A stretch of DNA of 63,248 bases, counting the filler, from Aduncisulcus paluster (lineage: Eukaryota): assembly GCA_024181965.1 (NCBI GenBank). It is 23 parts of 23 records of this genome, joined end to end, with 100 filler letters (N's around TTAATTAATTAA, not from the genome) between each part and the next. Parts side by side here need not be neighbours in the genome. Positions count along the whole stretch, not along the records: positions 61,786 to 63,248 come from BQXS01012186.1; 22 more parts are not named here. One strand, written 5' to 3'. The notes under the pieces are model-generated. The model was not told the DNA's origin, did no database searches, and saw only the letters and a list, made by a program, of their open reading frames with translations. The position numbers were made by a program, and so were the translations under genes. Each line of letters opens with the position of its first letter. The first letter of the stretch is position 1. Shown here piece by piece: positions 62,042 through 63,248 of the stretch.

Positions 62042-62694
62042 AAAAGAGTTAACAAAATTCTAAAATCAAATTTAAAATATTAATTTTAACAATAATTATT
62101 GTTAATCTGATCAATTCAAAGGGTAGCAAATCCTTTGGGCTAGCAAATTTACTTGATTTAAGTTGAATCATCCGATCCAACACTGGCATTCAAGTGATGT
62201 GATGGCAACCGGCATTCACCCCGGCTGTACCGGTTACCTAGTTCAACGATAGGAAGTTCCTAAATCACTGATTTAGCGTGGCTGAAATAGCTGCAGGACC
62301 TCGAAATGAAATAAAAATATTCTAAAGCGAAGCAAAATTTACTATAAGAATTATTCAGTGGATCGTTTACCTGCGTAAACGTCCCTGCAGGTGATCAGGT
62401 GCCTGACCGGCCCTTTTCCCTGCAATATGGACCTGTGTCCATTACATGGCACGCTTTATTTTTCTCCTAGCAGAGTTTGGAAAGATAGACCTCCTTAATA
62501 CTATTAGAATTTAGTAAATTCCACTGGTTATATCGTCAATACAGGGACTCAATTTGAGTTACTCAAACTCATGGTTTGCATTAGCCGGTACATGCCGGTA
62601 ACAACCGGTTATAGTACATGAACAGCATAACATTATTTACGACTTAAATATATAAACTATAAACTACGTTGATGATCTCAACTGAGATCAATTA

Positions 62695-63248
62695 TTACAA
62701 TTTTTTACTCTTTAATCTGATTGCTACTTCAGATCCGATTATTTCCAAACTATCTTTATCAAGAGCATTTAACAAATTAAGCATCGCATAAAGAACATGA
62801 TTGGTCATTTCCTTCTCCTTTGAAGGGGCTTTTGAACTCGCAACACCACTGTGCGCTGAATAATCTTCATCCCAACCAGATCTTCTTGGTGGGGTTGGTG
62901 TGACTGCAAAACTGGAAGCATATTGTTTTCGCTCGGAACTCTTCTGTTGGTGACTTCTAAGCTCAGCTTCTTTCTCAAGTCTGTCCAATTCTTCTCTTTT
63001 CTTCTGCATTTCTTTGAGTTCTTGTTCCCTTTTCCAGAGCTGGTATTTCTCCTCTTCATCACGATCTTTCTGTGCTTGCATCGCTGCCCTCTCCCTCTCG
63101 ACTCTTCTAATTTCACGTTCACGAACCTCTCTTTCGCGCAACTTTCTTTCCATTTCTTTCTGCCTCTCCATTTCTTCATATTTAGAATCCTGAGAAAGTT
63201 GGCCGACGGCAGCAACTTCACGTTCCCTTTTGTCCAGAACCTTTGAGG
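62695..63248 (-). CDS. Charged coiled-coil hypothetical protein, 5' partial
   Basis: E/R/K-rich helix with a short helical C-terminal domain ending in TAA at 62695. Confidence 0.7.
   Translation of the reverse strand, partial: SKVLDKREREVAAVGQLSQDSKYEEMERQKEMERKLREREVREREIRRVERERAAMQAQKDRDEEEKYQLWKREQELKEMQKKREELDRLEKEAELRSHQQKSSERKQYASSFAVTPTPPRRSGWDEDYSAHSGVASSKAPSKEKEMTNHVLYAMLNLLNALDKDSLEIIGSEVAIRLKSKKL

Overview
This window is not one continuous locus. It is a concatenation of 23 short contigs or scaffolds joined by 22 artificial 100-bp linkers (N44-TTAATTAATTAA-N44), with three further internal 20-N gaps, so gene neighbourhood means nothing across a linker. The DNA is eukaryotic and nuclear, from a flagellated protist using the standard genetic code. 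Short GTATGY...AG spliceosomal introns are visible, as are homologues of LIS1, IFT172, meckelin/TMEM67, NIP7, a Rab32/38-like GTPase, SNAREs, a Cdc25-like rhodanese, an M28 peptidase, an RCK-type K+ channel and TatD. The expanded lineage-specific families (a GAYIC...FLPIDL.NVVLCEI.GKG domain and two kinase families) match my recollection of the Carpediemonas-like fornicate Aduncisulcus paluster; this assignment is from memory and was not checked by a search. Retroelement pieces include a two-knuckle Gag, a chromovirus-type integrase end with PPT and a 280-bp LTR, a non-LTR reverse transcriptase and two further Gag-like N-termini. Three unexplained signals stand out. (i) A non-coding contig (10116-11238) carries a ~165-nt strongly base-paired element ending in an Sm-like site fused to a 5' splice site, a tRNA-like A/B-box element and satellites. 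(ii) The expanded domain family occurs as one intron-containing copy plus intronless, 5'-truncated copies with shared 3' ends, which suggests retroposition. (iii) A palindrome-dense leader lies upstream of a Gag-like ORF.
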